In this document: positions 1 to 23,345 of the stretch, one piece after another | How the letters are laid out: each line of letters opens with the position of its first letter | Numbering within the stretch: the stretch's first letter is position 1 | Origin: Chrysomallon squamiferum | Lineage: Eukaryota; Animalia; Mollusca | Reading direction: 5' to 3' | DNA length: 64,000 nt | Assembly (NCBI GenBank): GCA_012295275.1 | Contig: CM022667.1 | Span: forward strand, 1,116,001 to 1,180,000 | Notes under the pieces: model-generated | Database searches by the model: none | Seen by the model: the letters and a program-made list of their open reading frames with translations, nothing else | What the model was told of the DNA's origin: nothing | Program-made: the position numbers and the translations under genes

Positions 1-1517
1 ATTCCTTTCTCCAGGAACAAAATACACCCAGTGGAAAACAAGCGAGATTCGGTGTGGTCATCAGCGACTCCGTCAATTTCATCGCGTCTTGGAGAGTGGC
101 AAGGACACATGGTCTACCTGAAGGCTCTGGACATCAACAAGACTTTAACGTTTCAAACAAAAGAAAGCGATTCTGTGGATGAGGCAGACTATACGACATA
201 AGAATCTCACAACATTTTATGGACTGGTTCATCTGGAAGGCGTTTACCATTCCATCATGGACTACAACAGCAAAGGGTCGTTGAGCAATTTTCTCCACCG
301 GTCGAATCTGAACGCCAACACGGATCTGAAGTTCGCCATCTGCTACGAACTGGCCTGCGGGATGAACTTCTTACACAAATACAACATAATTCACGGCAGG
401 CTGACGAGCTCGTCCTGTTACTTCGACACTAACTGGTCTCTGAAAATTGACGAGTGGCAGAGAAACAAACTGGAAGACAAACGTGACCAGTACTACACGT
501 CTGAAGACGTCAGCAGCGTATGACGCGATGGGACGCGCCCGAATTCTGGACCGCACCAGAAATACTGCAACAGAGATCAAATCCAACGAAGAGTGGCGAC
601 GTTTACAGCTTTGGCATGATCATGAAGGAGATATTTACCAGAGAGCTGCCGTTCTCGGAATATTCAACTTGCAGGACCCTGGAGAGGTTCTGAAAGACGT
701 CATTGCCGTGTCACTACGTCCTGGGTTTGCCTTGACGACACCGTTCACGGCTCGAGCCATCATGAGCTTGACCTGGGAGAGCGATTCCAGTGCGAGGCCT
801 TCTTTTTCAGAAATACGCGAGAAGATCCTGAAAACGTATTCCAGAGGCAAAGCGGTGGTAGACTCGATCATCCACTTACTGGAAGAATACGTCTCAATTC
901 TGGAGGAAACCGTCGAGACGGCAGAAGCCAGGGAAAAGCTTGTGACGGATCGCGATGTCAATGATCTTAAACTGTTGCCGTCGTCGGACGTCATCCAACC
1001 TCAGAAACATTCGTCCGTTACAGTGGTGGTTTGCAACCTCTGTGATTTCATGTCCTTGCCATCTCGGCTTAACTCCACTCAAGTGGTGCGTATGCTCACG
1101 AAACTGTTTCAAGCGTTCGACGACGTGACGTCATCTAACAATCTCTTCGTCTTTGACGTGTCCTTCAACAGCTACAAAATCGTCGCCGGGTTGCCGAAAC
1201 TTAGCAACAACCACGCTCAAATTGCTGTCCAGACTGCTCTAGATCTTATGGCGTCTGCTCAGAAAATTAACATTGAGCCGAACACGTTCGAAACAGTTTG
1301 CTTAAAGATCGGCGTCAGTTCTGGATCTGTGTTTCACGGAACTTTAGCCTCGAATGCTGGCGACAAACGCTTTATGTGCGGCGATGCCGTCTACGTAGCC
1401 GCGGAATTGGCCGACCTCGCTCAGCCCCGAACAGTTTTGATATCTCAGATGACGGAGCAGCTGTTACAGTCGACGACGAAGTGGAACGTGATTCAAAGAC
1501 AGGATCCTTTTATGTGG
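1..1517 (+). CDS. Paralogue A, large exon (5'-truncated by the window): kinase-homology domain + degenerate cyclase domain of a receptor guanylyl cyclase-like protein; 3 frameshifts as assembled (assembly error or young pseudogene)
   Basis: Colinear with paralogue B if read in frame 1 (1-~160, SRLGEWQGHMVYLK), frame 2 (161-~519, KKAILWMRQ..HGRLTSSSCYFD), frame 1 (520-~678, MTRWDAPEFWTAPEIL..GDVYSFG) and frame 3 (~678-1517, PGEVL..RPSF..SVTVVVC..GDAVYVA). No stop codons in this stitched path. Donor TGG|GTATGT at 1518. Confidence 0.85.
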
Positions 1518-1824
1518 GTATGTATGGTAAAGTATGTAGATTAATATGCGATCTTGGAAAGAGGAATTCAATATTTTTGAAACCGTCTGTTCAGAAATTA
1601 ATTTCTGCTAGTGTCACGATACAGTTTGGGATTTGCTAAATATACGTAAGGATGTACTCCGAAAACATGGCTCTTCAGATTTATTTCAGCTTTGTTTTTG
1701 CTTTTTATTCTTCTTTACCTTGTTATTGTTGTTGTTGTTATCTTTATCTTTATCATCATTATCATCTTCATTTTTCTTATTATTTGTTATTTTTTTTTTC
1801 CTATATAAATATTTGTTTTACCTT

Positions 1825-1938
<114 letters not shown>

Positions 1939-2440
1939 TCTGTGTTTGTGTGATACTGTAACGACGATTACGTCAGAAGAAAGGTTTGGAACTCCTTTTT
2001 CTCTGTGGTAGTACGAAATAATTATATTGCTATAATTACCTTAACTTTGTTCGAGAAAATCGGAAATCTAAATGCATGCTGGTTAGAGGACAAAGAAAAC
2101 AAAAATAAAATTACAACCCATTAACGTAGTCTGTTTTTTTTTGAGATGACAAAATGGTAAAATGAATCAGTATACATACAGCCCATGATAAGCATGGTTT
2201 CAGCTTAGTGGATAATAGCTGGTGAAAGTTTATTTTCACTGCGACAGACTAATGAATAATTATCGTGTAAGTTAACCATTAACTATTAGAAGTTTTACAT
2301 AACTAGTTACTTTTGCCAAGATGTTTTTCCTCCTGTTTTCTAATTCTGCTAAACCAAACATTTTGCATAACTTTACATTATTAATGTTAATTAAAGATTA
2401 GATTACATCGCACCATTTCTATCTAAGTTGTTAAGAACTG

Positions 2441-2570
2441 GCAAGAATAAAAAATGAATGATGATAACGAGTAAAACATATACTGAGTAAAAAAAATGGT
2501 ATGTATGCAAGAATAAAAATGAATGATTATAACGAGTAAAACATATACTGAGTAAAAAAAGTTATGTATG
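2441..2570. repeat. Two-copy ~66-bp tandem duplication in paralogue A intron
   Basis: gcaagaataaaaa(a)tgaatgat.ataacgagtaaaacatatactgagtaaaaaaa..tatgtatg occurs twice. Confidence 0.85.
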
Positions 2571-3027
2571 TAAATGTTTTTACATGCTTAATTTCTTTAG
2601 TGATTAAAATTATCTGATGACTATATGGCTAGAAATTATTAAATGATTAAGATTTTCTTTTTATCATTATTTTCTCAATGGTATATTTATTTTAATTTTA
2701 CCTATACAGATTTAAAAAAAAAAAAAAAAAAAAAAAGTTCCATGTTATTTATTTGCTTATTTCTTTCTTTATTTCTTTATTTACTTACTTAATTTAATTT
2801 TATTTAATTTTATTTTATTTTATTTGTTATTTCATTATTTTATGGGTTTTTTTTGACAATTTTTATCTCCATTATTCAAAAAATCAAAAATATAAATTTT
2901 GAAATCATGTAACTTCTTTTTGTCAAACCAAATTCAAGATGAAATTTGAAAACCAACTTGAGTCAGCTTAAACTCTACATTTTAATTTATTTTACATGTT
3001 ATTTTAATTAACTCATATATTAAATAC

Positions 3028-3063
<36 letters not shown>

Positions 3064-3188
3064 AAGTTCATATTAAGGTAACGGCTGGTCTTAAAAAATA
3101 AATAAATAAATAAGTAAATTAATTAAATTAAATAACACACACACATATAAAATTATATGCTTACATGAAATAGTTTTATTTATTTCAG

Positions 3189-3257
3189 AAAGGATCTGTG
3201 CTCAAAACATTCTGGCTTCAAACGAACACCAACATGTTCAATTTAACAACAGTTTGA
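3189..3257 (+). CDS. Paralogue A terminal exon (KGSVLKTFWLQTNTNMFNLTTV*)
   Basis: Acceptor ttatttatttcag at 3188, phase 0. Matches the cyclase C-terminal KGKGxMxTYWL motif. Same length (69 nt) as the terminal exon of paralogue B. Too short for the ORF track. Confidence 0.85.
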   Translation, partial: KGSVLKTFWLQTNTNMFNLTTV

Positions 3258-4550
3258 TCGGGTTTCTGCTCTAGTGTAACGTATGCAGATGTTAACAGAC
3301 GTGTGTCCCCACACAAGAGGATATTCATTTAAACTTTCCAACACTGCTACGTAATCTGAAGAAGAAACGACAAAAGAAGAGGATTATTTTTAACAACAAT
3401 CTTATTGTGATAACGAAAGAAAAAAAAAAAAAAAACATCGTAAAAAGTGAAATGGAAAAATGAACGACAATAAAAGAAGAAGACTAAAGATTACAGCAGA
3501 ATTAGCTACTTCGTTTTATACAAGACAAATTAAGCCGTAATATTTCAAAAGGGTGCTCAAGTTAGAAGGAGGAAAATAACAATCAGAGTCAAAAACAAAA
3601 ATCCAATAAATGTCTATCTCGAATCTTCTATTTTCGTTCATAATTATGGATGTTGTTACTTCGATTATATTAAAATTAATTATTACAGTGAAAAAAAAAA
3701 AAAAAAAAAAAAAGAATAATTATTCTTTAAAGAAGTTGATTTGATGGTATCAGGTGGTTGAAACAACAAAATCAGAAGATTAATCACGATCGAGGCGTCG
3801 GAAATGAGCGAGACAGTCGAAAGCCTTAAGTAAACTGTTTTCGTGATTAAAGCTCGTAAATTAAACAAATTTGCTCATATAATATACAGCATGCCAACTC
3901 ACGTGATGACGTAAAGCCCATTTTTGGCACAACTCATTCTAGACAGACGAGTGCTTTTGAAGAACGAGTATTTCCCTTTGTGACATATCTGCACCGGTTG
4001 CAAATTATAGTCTGTTTTACACACGTCTTTTTCAGTGAGTCGGAGATAGATAGATAGAAAGACAAATAGAGAGAGAATGTGATATATAGGTCTATAGAGC
4101 TATTATCGCCTATTACTTTGAGTTAAAGGAAGCGAACTTCCTTCTAATATTGATTACAAATGGTACTTTCCTTTTATATTTTTTTTTTTTTTTTTTTAAA
4201 TTTAAAAGACCTAAACGTAATTACGATCGATTTTAACCCTGAATAAAATCTATGTTAATACTGTAACGGTTTACAAAAACTCTACATATAAGACTTCAAT
4301 CCGGCTTGTAAATCGAGTGCACTACATTTTGAGTTAAATGAGAAATTTCTGAACTCCAGCCAGAAGAAAGATCTCGAATCTTGAATAACTATTAAAAGTT
4401 GAAGAACGCGAGATTGGCAAGAGAATAAAATTGGTCAGTTTTCAGATAGTAATTTCGTTGTTCCTTCATTCATAACGATCTAAAATAAATCATTGACGAT
4501 TTCATAATCGAGGTCTTTTGACAGAGCATTCAAGTGTGTTTCCACCCCCC

Positions 4551-4940
4551 CAACTCTAAACCCTAATCATAATCCTACATTCTAATCTTAAACCCTAATC
4601 TTAATATTGATTTATGGAGGCAATTTAATGGGGTGTACATTTTTTCCCCAACCCTAAACCCTAATATGATTCTAAACCTTAAGCCTACACTCTAAAACTA
4701 ATCCTAAACCCTAATCCTAATACTGACACCTAAATCCTTAAATCCTGACCTGTAACCCTAACTCAAATCGTAAATTCTATACCTAACCCTAACCTTAACC
4801 CTGTCTCTTTAATCAACAAGCCTTGACCCTAAAACCCTAACCCTAACCCGAAACCATAACCCTTGAGCATCAACTATTAACCCTAAACTCTAAATCCTAA
4901 ACCCTTACCCTTAACCCAAACCCAAACCCTTATCCTAACA
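4551..4940. repeat. Degenerate (TAACCC)n / (TAAACCC)n telomere-like array
   Basis: Many CCCTAA, CCTAAA and CCTTAA units, e.g. acctaaccctaaccttaaccc and aaaccctaaccctaacccgaaacc. Confidence 0.8.
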
Positions 4941-5194
4941 GTGAGATAAATTATTTGAACTTAAATGCGTTGCTAGTTTAACATTTCACCACTCGCAACG
5001 AATTATACTGATGTTCTTAAAATACTTTTCCATCGAATCTAAAACCAGTGTCGAGAGAGAAACAGAAACTAAACAACTAAAGCAGTAAAGACGGAATAAA
5101 CTAGGCGTCCATATCTTTGTATGTGTATGAGTTTCTCTGTGTCATGAGATTCACTGGTGACCACCGAAAAAGAGAGAGAGTCAAACGTAGATTT

Positions 5195-5420
5195 GTAAGG
5201 CAGAGGTTAAATGGTTCAGTGATTAAACTATCGTCCTTGTGGTAGGTGACCAGTTGGTCTCGTTCATATGTCCAGTGTTAATTAGTTAGACCACCCAGTT
5301 ATGTTTTATTTATTTTATTCATCCAGTTCTACCGAGACAATACAACGAACCACTGTTCTGGGATGGATGACAAACCAGGCTTCAGGGTTGTCGACGCAAG
5401 CTGGATGTGTTTAAAATTTA
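5195..5420 (+). mobile_element. Possible decayed SINE fragment
   Basis: Higher-complexity island with an A-box-like tggttcagtgattaa and a ctgggatggatgacaaacc segment reminiscent of invertebrate tRNA-derived SINE bodies. No second copy in the window. Confidence 0.2.
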
Positions 5421-5936
5421 AATGAATTAACTTAGCAAACATAAATGAAGGAAAGCAAAGAACTTATACTTTTGGGGGTTTTGATAGTATACGTACCTCA
5501 TACGTACATTTATAGAGACTAATAAACTGATATGTGTTTGTATGTAGGCTACATGATTGTTTATGTAATTAAACCCGTGTATAACGGCTATCTTATAAGC
5601 ACTTCATTATAGACAGGCTATTTATATATGTATGTCTGTATATGTGTGTTTGTCTGCGTGCCTATGTGTGTGTGTATGATTGTCTGTGTTTCTGCCTGTG
5701 TGTATATGTACCTATGTGTGTGTATATGTACCTATGTGTGTGTATGTCTGTGTCGGTGGGTGTTTGTGTGTCTCTGTGTGACTGTGTAACTTTTTAATAA
5801 GAATACATCTTTAACCCAGTAAGTTGAAGATATCTAGGAAGTTTGTAGAATACAATAACGATCTCCGTTACAAAACTTTTTCAAGCGTTCAGCAAATTCC
5901 ATTTCTACGTAATTGAAGACATTAAAAATCATTAAT

Positions 5937-5973
<37 letters not shown>

Positions 5974-6584
5974 ACGTTATAGAAAACCAACTGTTATTAC
6001 ACTAGTAAAACGAAAATGATTAGGTGGCCAACCAAAGCGAATTAAAGATCTGTATGCAAATAGATTAATCGTTGATTTCTGTTTCGAAGGTAAAAAAAAA
6101 AAAAAATATATAATGATTGATACAGGTTCAAAGAAGTTCATAATTTTTTTTTTTGAAAAAGCCAGACGACATTAAGTTGCTGTAACTACATAACAATTAT
6201 GTTTTTCCCGTGCAGTTAATTCACGTTGGATTCAGTTCGACTCGGCCGACAGAGTCAATTACTACTACAAGTAATGTTACTGGCGATTTCTTTTTTATTC
6301 TTTTTTTTAAATTTTTTTTTTTCAATTTAATAAATCAATTATTTGAAAATGTACTTGTATGCTACACTCGTATTCTTAAAAGTTTTACATTTTTATTTAT
6401 TTATTTTATTTTATTTTATTTTATTTTTTTATTGAATAAAATAGTTTTGCTTGATATTTTTGCTTGTTTATTTATTGCTATTGTTATAATCGTCATCATT
6501 TTCGTTATTGATATTATCATCATTATCATCAATATCATTATCATTTTATCATTATGATGATCACCATTATTATCATCATCATCA

Positions 6585-6639
<55 letters not shown>

Positions 6640-7443
6640 TTGTTTGGTATAAAATTTTCTCAATGGATTATCATGTATTGATACTGATTCCGTTTAAAAT
6701 AATGGCGGAAACAAAATGGACGCTAAGCAGAAAAAAAGTAAACAGAAAAAAAAAATATCAAATTTTTAAATTGGGTTATAATTTACGTCGAATAATTGTA
6801 ACCCACTGGAATAAATAAATAAATAAAATAAGATAAATAATAGCAGCAGCAACAGCAAAAACAACTACTACAACAATAACGACGACAAAAACAACAGCAA
6901 AACTACTACTACAACTACTACTACTACAACTACTACTACTACAACTACTTCTACCTCAACAACTACAGCAGCAACAACTATTACTAATACAGTAACGACG
7001 ACAACAATAACTACAACTACAACAACAACCACAACTACTACTACTAAAACAGCAACTATTACTACTACGACGAAAAACCCCCAGCAATAAGTCATTGTAC
7101 TCTGATGTCCTTGTCTGAAAGCCAAACAGAAGTAAATGTGGAGGAAATAATCACATTTTTGCGTGTGCGAGCACTTGAAACAGAGAAATTCAACCCAGAA
7201 CACATCGCAGGTACTGAGTGTCTAAATTTGACTTTGCTTTTGCATTATCTTATTTCTCATTATCACAAAGACCATATGCTTGCTGTATTTGAGAACTTAA
7301 TAAGATATCGGATTTCACGCTGTGTGCGACAGAGTGGACCCAAGGTATCAGGAAGATCTGATCTGCAACCTGAGCGCGTATTACTCAAAATGAATTAAAT
7401 TTCCTTTTAACCGGAAAACTAATCTGAATTTTCGTATAAAGAA

Positions 7444-8940
<1,497 letters not shown>

Positions 8941-9967
8941 ATTGGCCCTCCTTGTTATTTATAATTATGTTTCATTTATTTACGAGTGCATTAGAGTTAA
9001 CAATTTTTCAGTTATTTCCAGTTATTTTCTTTATCGACTTCGGTCTAAGAATTACTCCTGTATTAGCGCTTCTCATTAAAAAAAAAACACTGACAACATT
9101 TTTTGATTTTATAAATTATATCGAGCTATGCTCTTTAAATAATTTCTCTTTCAATAGGGCTACTTCGATGATTAATTATGAAAGATTCGTTGTCAAATAG
9201 AAAGCATAAAAAATTGGAAATTTTAAAGATCCCTTTTGTAGTGTTAGAAGTCGTATTACAAGTAGTAGTAGTAGTAGTAGCAGTAGTAGTAGTAGTAGTT
9301 GTTGTTGTTGCTGTTGTTGTTTTGTTGTTGTTGTTCTAGTAATAGTAAAACAAGTTTTTATACGGATCTACTTGAGTTTCGATTAGAAACCAGCACAAGA
9401 GAATGGATGTTTTCACAAATATTATTAGATAGTTTCAGATCAATAATCTTGTACGAATACAAAAAGTGGAATGTTTTTCTCATTTAAATTCACAGTAATG
9501 GAGTTTAACGTGTTAATAATGAATATAAAAGAAACAGCGTATGAACAAGATGAAGAAAGGAACTGATGAAAGCTGAAAGAAGCAGAGAGAGAAAAAAACA
9601 AAAAAAAAAAAAAAAAAAAACGAAACGAAATTACAAAAAATAAAAATTAAAATGTCAGGGAAAGAAATCGAAAGATTGTGTAAAAGAGTTATATATGAAA
9701 AAAATAAAAAAATAAAAATGATGTAAGACAAGAAACTAAATATGTAATTTTTATCACCTGATTTGAAAACTGGTTCATTGTCTGGGAGGGAAAAAAAAGA
9801 AAAAATAAAGAAGTCTGTGTGATTTCATTATCTCTGTTAAAAATTGATCGTGTCTACTATAACCTAACCTAAGTCAGTAAGAGGATGGATTTGTGTTTCA
9901 GCCTATTAGCCAGTGTGACAGAGACTATAGATCATGAAACACATTTAAACCAGAATACTTTTTCTCG

Positions 9968-10142
9968 ACGATGATAATAATAATGATGATGGCAATGATG
10001 ATTATGATAATGATGATGATGATGGCAATGATGATTATGATAATGATGATGATGATGATGGCAATGATGATTATGATAATGATGATGATGATGGTGTTTT
10101 TGATGATGGTGGTGGTGATGACGATGATGATGATGATAAAAA
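9968..10142. repeat. (GAT)n-type trinucleotide repeat
   Basis: atgatgatg runs with a repeated ggcaatgatgattatgataatg unit. Confidence 0.9.
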
Positions 10143-10364
10143 GAAGAAGAATAAGAAAAAAGACATAAACGGATAATGTATCATTATCGTGTCCGCTGAC
10201 CGCCCCATCAATTTTCATCGTTATTAATACTAAGCCTAACCTGCACTGCTATCACTATCACTAGCAGAATCACAATCACTGTCACTATCACCATCATTTC
10301 TGTGTGTGTGTGTATGTGGTGTGTGTGTGTGTGTTTGTGTATGTGGTGTGTTTGTGTATGTGTC

Positions 10365-10425
<61 letters not shown>

Positions 10426-11236
10426 GTTTATTGTCTTTCCGTGACAACAATTAAGAATTTATATAAGAAGTCAAGTGAAGCCTGAATAAGAGTGCTTAAG
10501 TTTCTGTTCGAGTGATTCCATTCAGAGCAAGTCTGAGTTCATTTATTTTTAAAACGATCCGTTATCAAGTCAACATTTATTTCTTTTTCATTTTTATGTT
10601 TGAAGTCTTCAAATGACTGTTGTGATGTCATCTTTTTTTTTTTTTTTTTTTTGTCTTCTTGTATTATTATTAGTAGTATTAGTATTACTGTTGTTATTGT
10701 TGTTGTTATTGTTGTTGTTATTGTTATTGTTGTTGTTGTTGTTGTTGTTATTATTATTATCATTATTATCATCATTAATATTATCATCATCATCATTATT
10801 TGTTTCATTAAGGATTTTTATGAACGAAATTTTATTTAGAACATTCTTTATTTTTGTTTTAGTTTTACTTTTATTATTGTTGATATTATTGGTTCTTGTT
10901 GTTGTTGCTGTTGTTGCTGCTATTGTTTATTATTATTAATATTACTATTGTTGTCACAATAATATTTTTGTCTTGTCATTAATATTATTATTTTTATTTG
11001 TATCAGTATATTTTCATTATTTATTATCATTATTCTTTAATATCCGTTTTCTAAACTACTTCAATAAATAAATAAATAAATAAATAAAATCCAAGATGTT
11101 GTCCCTACAAATGAAAAAAACAACAACAACAACATTTGTGTTACATTTTTCTTCATTTAATATGCAAAACAAGAAAGAAAAAAAAAAAAGAATTTACAAA
11201 ACGATTCGCGATCCTGTGTTGAGTTGAACTGTAAAA

Positions 11237-18606
<7,370 letters not shown>

Positions 18607-19325
18607 GGCGTGCGTGGTTCACGTAAAAACCTCCAACATGCATTTGCAGGAAGCTTGTCCGATGTCATTTGTCTGTAAAGCAACAATAGCATGTATTTGT
18701 ATCACCAACCAACAAACAAAACAAAACACACACACACACACACAAAAAAAGCACATTGCACGACTGCTAACAATCAATGATTTTTCCTCTGAACGAACGA
18801 AATAACAAAATCCGAAGTCCCATATCATTTATAATGTATCTCTTGTGCTCGTTGTTTAAGCGCTGAATTGAGTTCCATTATCAAGAACCGACCAAATGAA
18901 GCCGGCTTAAAATTGACTGACTCGACCACAGTAATCTTTAGCAGCTGAAGAAAACAATACCATTTATGGTTTCGGAAGAAAATGAATGAAAAATAACGTA
19001 GCTAGCGAGGAAAGTCGTTTACAGAAGAAAAACTTTGCTGATGGTTTACTACTGTTTACTGCAGCAAAGGAGAAGAAGAAGGTTTGAACTATAACGTAAC
19101 AATATCTAATTATTGCTGATAATCTCGCTACATCTCATAGCTAATGAATAAATAAAGAAAGGGGAAATTAATAAAATAAAAATAAATTAAATTGAATTTA
19201 CGAATCAGTGGTTTGTACGTCTTTCGTTTTCATTTTTCTCTTCCTTTCGGAATCCTAAAATCGACTTTAATGGACAACAACAACAACAACAACAACAGCA
19301 GCAGCAACATCAAAACACAACAACA

Positions 19326-19369
<44 letters not shown>

Positions 19370-20715
19370 TAATAATAATAATAACAGTAATAATAATAAT
19401 ATGATGATGATGATAATAGTAATACTAATAGCAATAATAATAATAGTAGTAATAATAGTAATAATAATAACAATAATGATGATGATGATGATGATGATGA
19501 TAATAATAATAATAATAATATATAATTATTATAATAACATATTTCCACCATTGCTGTTTATTACCTGACAGATTGAAGGATCGAGCCTCTTCTGCGTGTA
19601 TCAAGGGGAAATTTCTCATTCCAACCAACACCTCAGTTCTCGTTGTTAGAAAACAGTAGTTTGGTCTTTCCTGCTCACGGGAAGGTGCATATTAACGATA
19701 TCTACTTGCTTAAAGAAAAGAGAAACCCTGTGTTATTGTTGCTTTAATGGCACAGTGCGTATGATTCTTAGCTACGTGTTTCTGACGTCGTTGTGTGATA
19801 GATATTTTGCGTTCAGTATATCGTCAAATGAAATATTTATTTGTATCTCATTAGGATAAAGCTTTGATCACTGTTGTTGTCTAACCTGATTATAATTTAT
19901 AATGAAGTGAAATTAGTACGCGTAATCATGAGAGAGATGGAGAAGAAAGAGAGAGACACAAACAGACAGACAGACAGACAGACAAACAAACAGACAAACA
20001 GAAGAGAACGCGAATGAGATACAAACATACAGAGACAGAGACAGAGAGAGAAAGAAACGAAAGGAAGGGGATGGAGGAGGAGACAGAGTGAGAGAAAGAC
20101 AGAGAGAAAAAGAGAGTGTGACGTCATTATTGATATTCCACGTTTTATATTGATCAGTTACTTACTTGTAATTTAAGTTGGAACGGTATTTTTTTTTATC
20201 CCAGTACAACTCGATTCCGTCTATTGATGTTATGCGAATCTAACCATGATTTTTTTTTTTTTTTTTTTTTTAAAGCATATAAGTAATTTAAAAAGCAATT
20301 TAAAATTTGAAATAAACGAAATCTTTAAACAGAATACATGGACATACAGACTTAATATTAATAATATTTAAAAATTGATGATGATAATAATATACATGTG
20401 TGTGTGTTGGTGTGTGTATGTGTGTGTATATATGTGTGTGTGTGTGTGCACGTGTGTATATCTGTTACTAAACTGTGATAACAAAAAATCTAATTATAAA
20501 ACTACACTGCAGTAACTAAAAACCAAAGAACAATAATCGAAGTTCAATCAGTACGCAATAAAACAGAAAGCACACTTCATAAAATTCAAATATTTACCAA
20601 AAAAATAAAAAATAAAAATAAAAAAATTTCTATTCACTTCATTTTAATCTCATCCATTTTAACGACATAAAAAAACACCTTTTACCTCACTGCTGCTATG
20701 ATTGATTTAAAAAGG

Positions 20716-20757
<42 letters not shown>

Positions 20758-21016
20758 GTTTTATATGCAAACACTTATTTGCTAAGATATGTAGTTAGCA
20801 TTACCTTTGCGAAGTTGTAACCATGAACACGAGTCTTATTTGAAGCTTTATTTAAGTAACCGCAGTAGTGAAATCTCACGTTCGTATCGACCTGGTCTAA
20901 CATGTGACGTATCTTCTGTTAATTAGGGTCTTTGTATTCACAGTAACGCTAAATATGTTCCACTAATGGTGATAAATTCGATACCATTACAGTAATTGTA
21001 TCACGACGCTCTCTAC

Positions 21017-21365
<349 letters not shown>

Positions 21366-21492
21366 ATTCCTTTCCTTTCTCTCTCAATTAGGGCTTTCAT
21401 GTTTGAATAATCACATTTAATTTATTTACAAGTGCATCACAAGTTATATCGATGTCATTCTTTTTTTATCGACAATAGTTGAAGCATTACGC

Positions 21493-21603
<111 letters not shown>

Positions 21604-21903
21604 CCTCGCTTTCTTTTTCTTAACTATATATCTGTATCTCTCAAACTGTCCGCCTGTCTGTCTCTCTGTCCCTTAAAAATGTAGTTTTTCTCCTTTTTTT
21701 TATTGAGCCAAAAATAAGCTTGTATTATTTTATTCTTAAAACCTGTATCTCTCATTATGTGTTTAATTCTCTCTGAAAACACCAATAAACTGCATACGTG
21801 TTTCAAAATATAAATAAATAAATAAATAGATCTAAAATAATAAAAATAAAAATAAAAATAAAATAACAATAATAATAACAATAATAATAATAATAATAAT
21901 AAC

Positions 21904-21982
<79 letters not shown>

Positions 21983-22161
21983 AAAGTAATAATAATAAAA
22001 AGTAAATAACACACTAATTCTAACGATCAATATCCTTCCAGTTATCTCAGCATCATTATTTTTTTTTCCTTCCAGCTTCTTCAATTTTTTATATTTTTTT
22101 CTTCTTTTTCATTTTTTCTTTCATCAAAACAACTACAGTATCACATGGACGCCAAATCCTG

Positions 22162-22197
<36 letters not shown>

Positions 22198-22534
22198 CTA
22201 ATGAAAAGTCAATATCTGACGGAAACAAATACAGCATGGCTCTCCTGATACACCTATATTTAGCAAGAAGCTCGGGTTTGAAGTAACGTTACTTAATTAC
22301 AGACTAAGTAGACCTACATCTCTCTCTGTTCTCTCAGGTCTCTTCGCGTCAATTAGTTCTGGCATTAACAACGTACAGCAGTTCGTTTAAATAGCGTTAT
22401 TAGTCCTCTCTCCAGGTTTTATTTTCTTTACTTTGCAGTTTTGTGATTCCTGTTGTTGTCTAATCCTGTACTCTCTCTCTACTGTGTTATCATTGTTTGT
22501 TTTTTTATTATTATCTTTACTGCAACAATAATCA

Positions 22535-23345
22535 ATACTACTACTGTTACTACTACTATTACTTCTACTATTACTCCTACTATTACTACTACTATTACTA
22601 TTACTGCTACTATTGCTACTACTATTATTGCTACTATTGCTACTACTATTACTGCTACTATTACTACTACTACTATTACTGCAACTATTACTACTACTAT
22701 TACTGCTACAATTGCAACTACTATTACTACTAACATTACTATTACTACTACTATTGCTACTACTATTGCTGCTACTATTACTATTACTACTACTATTACT
22801 GCTACTATTACTACTACTATTACTGCTACAGTTGCAACTACTATTACTACTAACATTACTATTACTGCTACTATTACTGTTACTATTACTACTACTACTA
22901 CTACTACTACTAGAAATACTACTACTACTACTACTACTATTACTACTAACATTACTATTACTGTTACTATTACTACTACTGCTACTATTACTACTACTAT
23001 TACTATTACTATTACTACTACTAATACTGCTACTATTACTGCTACTATTACTACTACTATTACTACTACTATTACTGCTACTATTACTACTACTAATACT
23101 GCTACTATTACTACTACTATTACTACTACTACTATTAGTATTACCACAGCTATTGCAACGATTACTACTGCTGCTGCAATTATTGTTACTGTTATTCCCG
23201 TTTGTTTTAGTACTACTACTACAATCACCACCACCACTACTGCTACTACTATTACTACGACTATTATTACTAGTAATACTATTGCTGCTATTATTACTGT
23301 TGTTAAGGTCAATTATTTTTATTACTATTACTACTATAATAACAA
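22535..23345. repeat. (ACT/ATT/GCT)n compound trinucleotide array
   Basis: Phase-preserving trinucleotide repeat that yields the poly-T/I, poly-L and poly-V ORFs. Confidence 0.95.

Noticed and set aside
1518-1544. ORF-track C-termini VCMVKYVD* (A) and VYVTFSLRLICW* (B, 15128-15166)
   Set aside because: These are intron read-through; both genes have a donor after the Trp codon and a downstream LKTFWL exon completing the cyclase fold.
7105-7398. 97-aa non-repetitive ORF
   Set aside because: No recognisable domain, partner exons or codon signal; cannot be supported.
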